The position numbers and the translations under genes were made by a program. A stretch of DNA of 61,242 nucleotides, counting the filler. It is 4 parts of 4 records of this genome, joined end to end, with 100 filler letters (N's around TTAATTAATTAA, not from the genome) between each part and the next. Parts side by side here need not be neighbours in the genome. Positions count along the whole stretch, not along the records: positions 11,520 to 43,381 come from SRR31147125_15449; positions 43,482 to 51,370 come from SRR31147125_15458; positions 51,471 to 61,242 come from SRR31147125_15468; 1 more part is not named here. One strand, written 5' to 3'. Every line of letters begins with the position of its first letter. Within the stretch, counting starts at the first letter, position 1. The notes under the pieces are model-generated. The model worked only from the letters and a program-made list of their open reading frames with translations. It ran no database searches and was not told the DNA's origin. This document shows, piece by piece, positions 43,067-53,390 of this stretch.

Positions 43067-43288
43067 TTATTCAAAATATTCATATACCGGCGTTTCAATA
43101 ACCCTACTCGGTTTTGATTGCCCTAAAATCGTTGCATGTAACTTTTCTACAGTACCGGGAGCAAAATACTGTTCTCCTGTTTCCTCATTGACACGAGCCG
43201 GCACATTTTCCACGATATAGAAGCGCCCCTCAATCTCAATAGTATATGTAACCCGAGTTTCGACTAATTTTTCTTCTTTATAGCTCAT
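43067..43288 (-). CDS. YgiT/MqsA-type zinc-finger-like small protein (cysteine-less variant)
   Basis: VTYTIE..GRFYIVENVPARVNEETGEQYF.P.TV..L...IETPVYEY matches the YgiT-type pattern. Confidence 0.75.
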   Translation of the reverse strand: MSYKEEKLVETRVTYTIEIEGRFYIVENVPARVNEETGEQYFAPGTVEKLHATILGQSKPSRVIETPVYEYFE

Positions 43289-43381
43289 TATGATCTCCGT
43301 TTTATGAATTTGAGCTATTCATTTTAAAATAATTTTACGTTTGAACGCTTAGGACAGTAAATAAAACTATAATTCTCTATT

Positions 43382-43481
43382 NNNNNNNNNNNNNNNNNNN
43401 NNNNNNNNNNNNNNNNNNNNNNNNNTTAATTAATTAANNNNNNNNNNNNNNNNNNNNNNNNNNNNNNNNNNNNNNNNNNNN
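43382..43481. other. Artificial contig-joining spacer
   Basis: N44-TTAATTAATTAA-N44. Confidence 0.99.
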
Positions 43482-43482
43482 G

Positions 43483-44001
43483 GAGACCGGATCCTCCACC
43501 ATGCCCCATAAAGTCAATCCCATTGATTTCGAGAACAGCGAGGGGAACATGGGACTGGCCATTCCCATGATGGAGCACCTGGCTGTGAAGCTACAAAAGT
43601 CCCGTTTTCAGAGGGATTTGAGTGACAGCACGGTATTACGGAGCCTGGGAGCGGCATTTGGCTATTATCTGATCGGTATTAAAAGTGCTTTGAGAGGCAT
43701 GGGAAAGATCGCCATTGATGAGAATTGTCTGGCAACGGATTTGGAGAATAATCCGGAATTGCTGGCAGAGCCCTTTCAGACGGCCATGCGTGTTTTTGGA
43801 GAGGAAAACCCTTATGAGAGATTGAAAGAGTTAACCCGGGGGCAGAAGGTGGGGAAGGAAGCGCTGGCGTCATTTGTCAACGAATTGGAAAAAGTGCCGA
43901 AATCCTTTCGTGATCGCATGAAAGCATTGACTCCGGCAAATTATATCGGGCTTTCTGAAAAACTTGTGGATCTCTATTTTGAGAAAAAAGAAAACAAGTA
44001 A
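43483..44001 (+). CDS. purB: Adenylosuccinate lyase, 3' part (contig start)
   Basis: Frame open from 43483: ETGSSTMPHKVNPIDFENSEGN, SRFQRDLSDSTVLR, PYERLKELTRG. Confidence 0.95.
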   Translation, partial: ETGSSTMPHKVNPIDFENSEGNMGLAIPMMEHLAVKLQKSRFQRDLSDSTVLRSLGAAFGYYLIGIKSALRGMGKIAIDENCLATDLENNPELLAEPFQTAMRVFGEENPYERLKELTRGQKVGKEALASFVNELEKVPKSFRDRMKALTPANYIGLSEKLVDLYFEKKENK

Positions 44002-44149
44002 AATCAGCACTTAGGAATGGGTTTTAAATTAGTTGCCAATTTTTGCGCTTAAGGGACAGATATTTAATCTGTCCCCGCCGACGGACTCTTTCTGGATGTC
44101 GGAGTTTGAATTTGTTTGTTGATTGTCTTTCGTAATAGTGGAGAAAGGG

Positions 44150-44785
44150 TTAAGCGTTGGAATCTTTTTCCCTTTGTTGCTTCATCTGCGCCTCTAAAAG
44201 GATATCCTCAATATTCTCATCTTCTTCCTTCTCAAAGGGGAACAGGGTTTCAAATTCTGTCTTCTCAATGCCGAGTTCCAAAAAGAACGGTCGATGGCTC
44301 TCCGTTTGAAATGAGACGCGCCGGTATTGCGGAGAATCGATTTTGGTATCGATGGAGATGGCGATATCTTTGCTGACCACAAGCATTTTGGGAACACTTT
44401 GTTTGATGGAGACCTGAAGTTCGTTTCTCAGATCTGTCTGAAAATGGCCCACCGCCTGACTCATCAGCTCCCCCAACACATTGGCCACATCATCGGAGGT
44501 ATGAAGAATGGAAAGCTCATCCTTGGGCATCCCCATGTTGGTCATGTAACTGGTATAAATATCCATGGCCGCTTCAGAGGTGAAATTCATGATCAAAAGC
44601 CCGGACAACCCGCCTTCAAAAATAGTGAAACAGCCGATATCCGGCTTTAAGCAGGTTTTATTAATTTTTTGAACAATCGGAGAAAAAGAGATCGATTGGC
44701 CGGAAGCCTGAGTCAACACTTTTTGAACGGATCGACATAAAATTAATAAAATATCATCTGTGGATTGAATCTCTTTTTCGCTCAT
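44150..44785 (-). CDS. DUF3334 family protein (CheX/CheC-like)
   Basis: LKPDIGCF..F.GG.SGL.IMNF, HTSDDVANVLGELM, YRRVSF pattern. Confidence 0.75.
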   Translation of the reverse strand: MSEKEIQSTDDILLILCRSVQKVLTQASGQSISFSPIVQKINKTCLKPDIGCFTIFEGGLSGLLIMNFTSEAAMDIYTSYMTNMGMPKDELSILHTSDDVANVLGELMSQAVGHFQTDLRNELQVSIKQSVPKMLVVSKDIAISIDTKIDSPQYRRVSFQTESHRPFFLELGIEKTEFETLFPFEKEEDENIEDILLEAQMKQQREKDSNA

Positions 44786-44986
44786 GGCACATCTCCTAAC
44801 ATGTTTTAAGGACTGCGGAGGACGTGTGCTTTAGATCCGCAAGCCTGGTTGACATTCTTTTTCAAGGCGTTCACTTGATTGAAATAGCCATATCATCCGA
44901 CAATCATCATGTCATCCAAATGATCAAAGATGACCGACACCTAATTTCATGAAAGCGTAAAGAAAAATAGATGAAATGACATCAAA

Positions 44987-45475
44987 CTATAGCATAATAA
45001 TTTCCGGTTGTTTATCACAATGTTCCAGAAATTTGATGAGATCCTTGGAAGCGATGGTGGTGGTGGCCGTGTTGACCAGAGGATGGAAATTGAGAAGCTC
45101 ATGGGACATCATCTCTTCATCAAGTACGATTTTGACATCATGATCCTTGATGTTGATGGCGGCAAGAGGGGTCACCGATCCCGGAATAACGCCCATGACT
45201 TCCATCAGAAGATCCGGCTTTCCAAAAGAGGGGCTTTTCATGCCGATTTTTTTGGCAAGCTCTTTGATGGTGATCTGTTTATCCGACAGTGTCACTACCA
45301 GAAACAGGTTTTTCTTTTTGTCCTTGAAAAACAGGTTTTTGCTATGGACACCTTCAATGCCTTCGTGGTGTTGATCCGCCTCTTCCACGGTAAAGACGGC
45401 AGGGTGTTCGTGATTGGTATAAGAAATGCCGATTTCGGCAAAAACGTCAAACAGTTCTTCTTGGGTCTTCAACAT
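44987..45475 (-). CDS. YbaK/ProX-type aminoacyl-tRNA deacylase (prolyl-tRNA editing)
   Basis: HPAVFTVEE, KNLFFKDKK, GVIPGSVTP, FHPLVNTAT. Confidence 0.9.
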   Translation of the reverse strand: MLKTQEELFDVFAEIGISYTNHEHPAVFTVEEADQHHEGIEGVHSKNLFFKDKKKNLFLVVTLSDKQITIKELAKKIGMKSPSFGKPDLLMEVMGVIPGSVTPLAAINIKDHDVKIVLDEEMMSHELLNFHPLVNTATTTIASKDLIKFLEHCDKQPEIIML

Positions 45476-45636
45476 GCGTTGCTATCCTTCCTGTATTCTT
45501 AAATTTCAATGGGTACCAAAAATTGAAGCGAACGATAGAGGGAAGGTTTCTGGCTGTCAAGAGTTTTTCACCAAATAATTCGGCAAAAGCCCCCATTGAA
45601 CCTTTGACCCGGTGATGGACGAATATTGCCTTTCTT

Positions 45637-46224
45637 TTATGCAATCGGATGTGAAAGAGCTCGTTGATTGTCTCGGTAGTACGAAAACATCACCCAAATA
45701 ATTCCAGCCGTAAAACCGGCCGCATGGGCTTCCGGAATGGGGTGCCAGGTGATATGTGAGAACAGTGCGGTTTGGAAATTGATTTCATAAATAATTTTAA
45801 CCCCTGCCAGGCTACCTGAGGCCACTGTGAGTCTCTTGTGCCTGTGTTGCCAAAGGGATGCCAGTCCCCCCACCAACAGGGTGTTTTCTATGCCGGACAA
45901 ACCGCAATAATAGTCCAGATGCGTCATGCCGAGCCAAAGAAAAATATCCACAAAAACGATTCCGGTAAAAAGCGCGCAGCATATTTCCCGGAGAGTTAAT
46001 CGATCAAACAAAAGAATCAAACCTGCCAGTCCGATCAGATTCAGTGTTAAATGCGCTGGATCACAATGCACAAAATGACCGGTCAACAACCGCCACCACT
46101 CCCCTTGGGCGATGGCAATTTTGTCAAAAATCAGCTGTTCCGGTGCAAAACCGAATCGCCAATAAACGGCAAGGGTGATGGTAACGGGACATAGGCGGCT
46201 GAAGTGGGTGAAAATGAGGTGCAT
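45637..46224 (-). CDS. Rhombosortase (rhomboid protease for GlyGly-CTERM proteins)
   Basis: GEWWRLLTGHFVH...HLTLN, YCGLSG catalytic Ser, EAHAAG catalytic His; SD AGAGGA; immediately downstream of a GlyGly-CTERM gene. Confidence 0.88.
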   Translation of the reverse strand: MHLIFTHFSRLCPVTITLAVYWRFGFAPEQLIFDKIAIAQGEWWRLLTGHFVHCDPAHLTLNLIGLAGLILLFDRLTLREICCALFTGIVFVDIFLWLGMTHLDYYCGLSGIENTLLVGGLASLWQHRHKRLTVASGSLAGVKIIYEINFQTALFSHITWHPIPEAHAAGFTAGIIWVMFSYYRDNQRALSHPIA

Positions 46225-46235
46225 GTGTTTCCTCT

Positions 46236-48603
46236 TTATGCTCCTATCGGTTTTCTCAATTTGATCGCTGCCACAGGTAGCAATGATAAGAGAAACCACA
46301 GATCCAATGCTCCTCCGCCAAAGCCTCCGCCGCTGCTTTTGCGATGGCTGGCCTGTTTCGTGGAATACATGGGCTGAGCATTGTCCACTCGGCGAGATGT
46401 CACCGGAGCCTGTGCACGCGTCTGACGCGCCTGGGCTTCAATTTCCAGTCGCTTTTTATTGGTGCGTTCAATATTGTATTTCTTAAAAATCTCATCCCGT
46501 ACCACAATCATTGACGTATAGTCCGTGACGATTCCATATTGCGTGCTCAGATTGATGATGGCCTGTTTGCTTTCCCGTTCATCCTCTTCAAACACTTTGG
46601 CCCGTTTGATTTCCTGAATGGCGGCATACGCCCAGAGGCGTTCGATTTCCGGATGATCATGACTCTCATTTGGGAAGGCAAACCGGGTGGCATAGCGTTT
46701 TTTCTCTCCGGAAACCTTTGCAGTCAGGAACACCTCAGCCTCTCCGCCTCCGGAATAATGTCCGAAAACAATGAGCTGTTCTCCCCGATACAGTGAAGAT
46801 GAGTTGTTGGTGGCGAGATCGGAGGTGGAAATGCCTTGGATGTCCAATTTTGCTCCGTGGAATGCCTCATGGGTGACTTTGCCGGTGGCCGATAGAATCA
46901 GGCCGACAATATCATCGCTGTTGGAAACCGATTGAGCAAATCCATGGGAAGCATGGGCCAGATGTTTCAACAGAAATTCATTGGTGGAGTTCCCCATCAT
47001 AAAGGTAAAGAGTCGCATATCCTTGGTGTTGAGAAGCTCGATGAATTTTTTTTGTTTGGTGACCCCCACATTGGCAACGCCATCGGTAACCAGAACAATG
47101 GCGGTGGTACGGTCTGCATCCACTGCAAGCAGCCCTTTTTGCAGTCCGTCAAAGAGGTTGGTCCCCCCCGGGACGCTGTGAAGATAACATTTGAATCATT
47201 CTTTTCACATTGTCTTTGGTTGCCGGAACATACCCGTTGGTGACCTCCTGAGCACGCTCTTCGAACATGATGATTCTAAACCGATCATTTCCGCTCATTT
47301 TACCAAGTGCCCGTCCGACGCCATCGAGCAAGGTGTGAAACTTCCCTTTCATCGACCCGGAACGATCCAATACAAATACCCAATCCCGGCCTTCCCGGAT
47401 GGGCTTCAGCTCATCTCCGGGGGTGATGGTGATCATGAACGTACCGCGTTTGTCTTTTCGGGGTTTGTAGGTCACCATGTCCACCCGTGCAGGGGTATCG
47501 GCAGCCTGACGCCAATAGACAACGATATCTTTGTTCAGGGTGAACTGGTTTTCTGTTTGACCGGTTGGAGTGGCTGCAGGCGTTATCTGCGAGCCGGTCT
47601 CGGTCTCCCCCATGGCGGGTTCTCCATGGGGCGTGGGCGTCGTCGAGGTCAGCATGGCGGACTGGTATCGTGATTGTGATGCGGATTGATTTTCCGATGG
47701 ATTCGATGGGGGCATTTGCGTATCCAGATCGGTTGAAGGCACTTTTTGAGCGTCAGCATCGGTTTGGGGTACTTCATCGGTGGACATGGCATTCATGGCG
47801 TTCCCCGGACCTGAGATGTCGGTTGGCGCGTTCCCCTCAAGGATGCGCACTTCCCATTCTTGACTGGAGATTTGAGATATGGCAGCCTGTGAAAAGCCGG
47901 GAACTCTCACTCCGTCCACCGGGATGGAAGAGCGCAATTTCAAAACAAATGAGAAGTTTTCCTTTACCGTTTCATTGGCTGTCCAGAACGATTCCTCCTC
48001 ATCCACACCGCCGCTTTCCAGTGGGTAGAGATATCGGCCCATCCCCGTTTCAACAGTTGCGGGTTGAATGTAGACAAGACGCATCCGGGTCGCTTGGTTG
48101 GCTTTGACGGGATAGACTTTGATTTCAAATGAGTTCCGATCATTTTTTTCGGTAAGTCCGGTTTCTCTGCCCGCCGCTTTTTCTTCCTCATAGATTTGTT
48201 TTGCCTGTTGTTTCTCCAGCACTTCACCGGAGACTTTTTTTCCATTGATCCAGAGACTGAATTCAGCCACGGATGCGGTTTCCGGAACCGGAAACGTATA
48301 AAGTGCCTCCAGATCCATTGGGTGAGGATTGGCAAATGTTTGATCGATTTGCGTCACCACATATCCGTCTTCGATGGTGGCGGTGACATGGTGCGCCTTC
48401 AGGGTGAGGGGCGGAATGGAACCGTCGCCGGGTGTCAAAAGCCCTGCTGCATGTAGGGGGGATGAAAACAGCCTCCAGATCAGAATTGTCGAAATAATGA
48501 TCATCAATGGCGTACCTGCAATGACCATTGACGGTTTGATCGACCGCTCATGTGTAAAATTTTTCAAAAAATGGATTGTTGCCGTGGCGTGTCTTTTTTT
48601 CAT
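46236..48603 (-). CDS. VIT + vWA domain protein with C-terminal GlyGly-CTERM; frameshift at G7 tract (47163-47169)
   Basis: VIT (QTFANP...EALYTFPVP), MIDAS VLDRSGSM, GGTNL across the shift, LVTDG, ERLWA; C-terminus SSGGGFGGGALDLWFLLSLLPVAAIKLRK. SD GGAGG before ATG 48603. Confidence 0.88.
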
Positions 48604-48865
48604 GGTGTACCTCCTATGGTTTCCCCTAAGTCGGCAAATGAATTTGCCGGTCAACGTTTCATCGACCAAAGACCCCATTGCAAAGAAATAAGATCAAAGA
48701 TAAAGGCCAACATGCGTCGCACTTTTTTGACCCATTCGGTCGATTTGAGGAAAAGGATAAGAGGATATGATAAGAAGAACTACCGGGAAGTTGCAGACGG
48801 TCGAGAACGGCGACCATTAATTTGAATGAGGAATGAAACTTGTTTGTTTTCAGCGGGTTGGCTGG

Positions 48866-48900
48866 CGTTGACCATTTGTTTTTTTAACCAATGGTCAACG
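48866..48900. promoter_or_regulatory. Inverted repeat between kinase gene end and VIT gene (terminator or operator)
   Basis: CGTTGACCATT-N13-AATGGTCAACG, perfect 11-bp arms. Confidence 0.5.
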
Positions 48901-48945
48901 AATTTCATGAATGGACGAATCCTTTTTCATGACCGGAAGCCCGGT

Positions 48946-51369
48946 TCACTGAAACCAGTGGGGAAATTTCGATTTGCAGATTTTTTCCTTGGTACGGGAA
49001 ACTCTGATTCCGTTGGATAACTCCAGCCCCTTCATCACATCAGCCATTTCCGGAAGGGGAAATTGGAGGCGGAAATCACGGCTGCCTTTTTCTTTGACAG
49101 CCCGGATACTTTTTTGGGGATTGACCATGAAGGATCGATGCACCCGGAACAGTTTACTTTCATCAAAGTAGGTTTCGATGTCACCCAAGGACCAGTCGAA
49201 TGTTGTAAAATCCCGTTGATCTTCAAACAGGATTTTACAAAATTGGCGATCCGCCTGGATGAAAAAGATCTCATCGATTCGGGACTGAAGGTCCAGGTAT
49301 TTTTTCAACACCGCCTCGTCCTGAATGAAATTCCGGATATTGTCTTTGACAAATGCCGCTTCCCGGAGCGCTGTGACGGCAAACTCATGATCAGCCCGTG
49401 AAAATGTTCCTTTTTGTGCGTTTCTGTACAGAAGAAATGAAAATTCATCGAGATAGGTCATCTTCAACACCATGAGGCGGCCATAATCCGGTGAATTCGG
49501 GGAGGGGATGCTGCACAGTTTCGGAGTGTCATCCACTTTATTATAGGGAATGTCCGCTTTCAGCAGAAATGAGGCGTCGAATGGTTCCGGAATGCATCGA
49601 AAGATCGTCTGATCCCAGAGTAAAACCGAGCCGTCTGAAGCGATTTGATCAGATAAAAGGGTGTGAATGGCGACTGCCAACTCTGTCTTTCCTTTGAAAT
49701 TTTTGAGATCGCTGCAAAAGGTTTTCAAGGCTTCCAAGCGTTTTCCTGCGGTTTCCACCTGGACGTTGAAATCGATGTGGAATCCCACCCGGGTGAGAAG
49801 CTCATGTTTTGAAAACGGTTTTGATAGATAATCGTTAGCCCCTAAATCAAATCCTTGAGTCAGATCGGAAACCTGATTTTTGGCGGATAAAAACAGAATC
49901 GGCAACTTTTCGCTTCCATGATCGGCTCGAATTTTCCGGCAGACCGCCAGTCCTGAAATTCCGGGCATCATGATATCCAGTAGAATGAGATTGGGTAGCC
50001 TCGCCGTTTCCATAGCAACCAGAACGTCCTTTCCGTCCGAGAAAGAACGCACACTGTAATTCCGACCTAAATACTCTTCAACAATCTGAAGATTGATGGG
50101 ATCGTCATCCACCACCCAGATGGCGGGCTTGTCGGTAACGGGCTTGGCAGATGACTCAACAGTCTCTTTTCCTTTTTCTTCTTTTTTTGCCGCTTCCGTT
50201 GTTCCTTCTGCGTTTTCTTCAAAGTTCGTTTCAGCAGAGGTGCTCCCGTGACAATCCCCATACTCCCCATCCCCGACAAGTGTTGACACCAGGTCTTTTT
50301 CAGTGTCGACATTCGGCGCCTGCTGCGTGGCGGGCAGGGTGAAGTAAAATGTCGAGCCCACTCCGGGCTGAGACTCCACCCGGATCCGCCCCCCATGCTG
50401 TTCAACCAGCTGCTTGGTGATGCTCAGGCCCAGCCCCATTCCTTCGTATCCTCTGGTCTCCGGGGATTCCAGTTGGGTAAACGAGAGAAAAACGGTGTCC
50501 AGCTGCTCCGGAGCGATACCGATACCGGAATCTTTTACACCGATCAGGATCATGTCCATGGATGCGTTGTCGGTGAAGAGCGTCTCGTTGTCATCATGTG
50601 TCATGGGAGAACTTGAGTCGCTGTCCGTGAATGTTTTTGCAAAGCAATCCTCCGAAGATCGGATAAAAATCTTCACTTTTCCGTGGGTCGTAAACTTGAC
50701 TGCATTGGCAACCAAATTCTGAAAGATCTGGTAGACTCGGTTTTCATCCGCCATCACAAAGGCGGTATCGGCAGGGACGGCGTTGCAAAGCTCAATGGAT
50801 TTTTTTGCCAAATGGGAAAATAGAGCGATGACCACATCGGCGATGCTGTGAAGATCCAGTGGGACGGGCTTCAGCTTCAGATCCTGATTTTTCAGCCTGG
50901 AGTAATCGAGGATATCGTCCAGCTGCATGGCCAGACGGCGGGCGCAGCTCAGCACGTTTTTCAAATTTCTCACCAAGGGCGGATGATGGGGGCTCGGCAT
51001 GGCGTCAAGGCTGGACTGGGTCAGCCCGATGATGCCGTGCAGCGGTGTTCTCAACTCATGGGAGGTGGTTGCCAAAAATTCATCTTTCAGACGATCCGCC
51101 CGTTTGAGATTGTCAATGGCTTCCTGACGGCCTTGGGCAATCAGTTGCTGGGAGCGGATCAACTCTTTTTGGGCTTGGGTAAATTGCTGCCCCAGTGCCA
51201 GTCCCATGGGAAATGAAATCAAAAAAAATGCATATTGGGATATTTGATAGGTGGTCAGATAAAAAAGAGACCTGAACACATCCACCATCCCGATGACAAA
51301 GCAGATGGAAATTCCTAATAACAGCCGCCCTTCCAGTGTGCCGAGAAATATCGGTTTGTTTTGGTGCTC
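48946..51369 (-). CDS. Membrane hybrid histidine kinase HisKA-HATPase-REC with C-terminal LytTR domain (5'-truncated)
   Basis: Frame open to the contig edge. TM helices, FLATTSHELRTPL, NLVANAVKFT, DSGIG, GMGLGL, VVDDDP...LLDIMMP...YLSKPF, then IDEIFFIQAD...FRVHRSFMVN...VSR (LytTR). Confidence 0.9.
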   Translation of the reverse strand, partial: EHQNKPIFLGTLEGRLLLGISICFVIGMVDVFRSLFYLTTYQISQYAFFLISFPMGLALGQQFTQAQKELIRSQQLIAQGRQEAIDNLKRADRLKDEFLATTSHELRTPLHGIIGLTQSSLDAMPSPHHPPLVRNLKNVLSCARRLAMQLDDILDYSRLKNQDLKLKPVPLDLHSIADVVIALFSHLAKKSIELCNAVPADTAFVMADENRVYQIFQNLVANAVKFTTHGKVKIFIRSSEDCFAKTFTDSDSSSPMTHDDNETLFTDNASMDMILIGVKDSGIGIAPEQLDTVFLSFTQLESPETRGYEGMGLGLSITKQLVEQHGGRIRVESQPGVGSTFYFTLPATQQAPNVDTEKDLVSTLVGDGEYGDCHGSTSAETNFEENAEGTTEAAKKEEKGKETVESSAKPVTDKPAIWVVDDDPINLQIVEEYLGRNYSVRSFSDGKDVLVAMETARLPNLILLDIMMPGISGLAVCRKIRADHGSEKLPILFLSAKNQVSDLTQGFDLGANDYLSKPFSKHELLTRVGFHIDFNVQVETAGKRLEALKTFCSDLKNFKGKTELAVAIHTLLSDQIASDGSVLLWDQTIFRCIPEPFDASFLLKADIPYNKVDDTPKLCSIPSPNSPDYGRLMVLKMTYLDEFSFLLYRNAQKGTFSRADHEFAVTALREAAFVKDNIRNFIQDEAVLKKYLDLQSRIDEIFFIQADRQFCKILFEDQRDFTTFDWSLGDIETYFDESKLFRVHRSFMVNPQKSIRAVKEKGSRDFRLQFPLPEMADVMKGLELSNGIRVSRTKEKICKSKFPHWFQ

Positions 51370-51370
51370 C

Positions 51371-51470
51371 NNNNNNNNNNNNNNNNNNNNNNNNNNNNNN
51401 NNNNNNNNNNNNNNTTAATTAATTAANNNNNNNNNNNNNNNNNNNNNNNNNNNNNNNNNNNNNNNNNNNN
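51371..51470. other. Artificial contig-joining spacer
   Basis: N44-TTAATTAATTAA-N44. Confidence 0.99.
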
Positions 51471-51471
51471 A

Positions 51472-52025
51472 AAAAAAGAAGAGCTTGAGCCCTTATCTGA
51501 AAAAAAAATGGCACTTTATGAAGAGGAATTGTTGCTTCGCTCTCAGGCCTATGTACAAAAAAGAGATGAATTGCTAAAACTCGAAGAAATAAACAGTATT
51601 CTGAAACAGATTTCAAGTTCGGTCAAAAATCATATGGATGTTAAAACACAGCTTTTAACACAATTCAAAGAGCAGGTTGTTACAATATCTTTGGCTGTGG
51701 CTAAAAAAATTATCGCTCAGGAATTGCAAATGAATCCTGAAATAATCGTGAACACCATGAATAAGGCGCTTGAATCTGTAGAGTCGGAAAAAAATATTGA
51801 AATTGAACTTCATCCGGATGACAAAATTCTGATTGAAACAGACAGAAATGTAAAAAGTCTTTTCCCAACGCTAATCAGAGTTGGCAACTCATAGCGAATA
51901 ATGTTATTAGCCGTGGTGGATGCAAGATTCGTTCAGTTAGCGGTATAATCGATGCCACACTGGAAAGCCAAATGGAATATATAGAGTCATTGTTAACAGA
52001 AAGTTTTGATAATCATGCAAACTAG
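51472..52025 (+). CDS. fliH: Flagellar assembly protein FliH, 5'-truncated; frameshift near 51860-51868
   Basis: LAVAKKII..EL...PE, IELHPDD; the shifted frame gives ISRGGCKIRSVSGIIDATLESQ ending at TAG 52023-52025; precedes fliI. Confidence 0.85.
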
Positions 52026-53349
52026 TACTGTTTTAAATAGTCGGCCGATGGAGACATTTCTTAATGTGCTGAATACATGTACCCCAGTACAGTGCAGGGG
52101 CATGGTGACTAAAGTATCAGAATTAATAGTGGAATCAAGAGGGCCCAGCGTTTCTGTTGGGGATATTTGTTGGATAAACTCGAGAAAAAGTGATAAGAAA
52201 AAAGTTGCTCAGGTAGTGGGTATAAAAGAAGAAAATATTATTTTAATGCCATTTGAAGATACAAATGGCATCGGCATCGGTTGCCAGGTCGAGTCCTCTA
52301 GTCAGGCACTAACTATCGGTGTAGGCAAGGATCTTTTAGGTAGAGTAATAGATGGTTTTGGTAATCCCATTGATGGAAAAGGTCCAATTCATACACCAAC
52401 CAGGGCGGAAATTTATCGAGACCCACCAAATCCATTATCACGAAAACGCATTACATCCCCAATTCAAACAGGTATTCGTGCTATTGATAGTCTGATTTCC
52501 TGTGGTGAAGGACAAAGAATGGGTATTTTCGCAGGTAGTGGAGTGGGAAAAAGTGTATTGCTTGGGATGATCGCAAGAAACAGCTCTGCTGATATTAATG
52601 TTATTGCTCTGATTGGTGAAAGGGGCCGGGAGGTAAAAGAATTTATTGAAAGAGATCTGGGTGAAGAGGGATTAAGGCGCTCTGTTGTTGTCGTTGTTAC
52701 CTCGGATCAGGCAGCAGTATTAAGAATACGGGGAGCTCAGGTGGCGACAACAATTTCGGAATATTTCAGAGACCTGGGAAATCGTGTTATTTTAATGATG
52801 GATTCCGTAACACGTGTAGCCATGGCACAACGAGAAATAGGCCTGGCTATTGGAGAACCGCCTACCACAAAAGGGTATACGCCCTCTATGTATGCTATTC
52901 TGCCAAAACTGTTGGAACGGTCCGGTATGTCTGATAAAGGTAGTATCACGGGTTTTTACACAACTCTTGTTGAAGGTGATGACATGAATGATCCGGTGGC
53001 TGATACTGTCAGATCCATTTTAGATGGTCACCTGGTTTTGTCCAGAAAGCTGGCAGCGAAAAATCAATATCCTGCTATTGATGTTCTGCAAAGCGTCAGT
53101 AGGTTAATGTCTGATATTGCAGATGAAAAACACAAACAAAATGCTGCCAGGGTTCGCGATGTATTGGCAACCTATTCAGATTCAGAAGATTTGATAAATA
53201 TCGGTGCTTATGTTCGTGGCAGTAATCCCAGAATCGATTTTTCGTTGGATCATATTAACAAGGTTCAAAGTCATCTGGGGCAAAAAATAAACGAAAAAGT
53301 AAGTTATGACAAGAGCTTGCAGTCATTACATAGTCTATTCCAAAAATAG
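52015..53349 (+). CDS. fliI: Flagellar export ATPase
   Basis: AGSGVGKS Walker A, GERGREV, MDSVTR, GEPPTTKGY, DGHLVLSR. Confidence 0.96.
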   Translation: MQTSTVLNSRPMETFLNVLNTCTPVQCRGMVTKVSELIVESRGPSVSVGDICWINSRKSDKKKVAQVVGIKEENIILMPFEDTNGIGIGCQVESSSQALTIGVGKDLLGRVIDGFGNPIDGKGPIHTPTRAEIYRDPPNPLSRKRITSPIQTGIRAIDSLISCGEGQRMGIFAGSGVGKSVLLGMIARNSSADINVIALIGERGREVKEFIERDLGEEGLRRSVVVVVTSDQAAVLRIRGAQVATTISEYFRDLGNRVILMMDSVTRVAMAQREIGLAIGEPPTTKGYTPSMYAILPKLLERSGMSDKGSITGFYTTLVEGDDMNDPVADTVRSILDGHLVLSRKLAAKNQYPAIDVLQSVSRLMSDIADEKHKQNAARVRDVLATYSDSEDLINIGAYVRGSNPRIDFSLDHINKVQSHLGQKINEKVSYDKSLQSLHSLFQK

Positions 53350-53390
53350 TTCACAGCAGAGTCGAATTTATTCGACCAGAAAGAAGCCAT

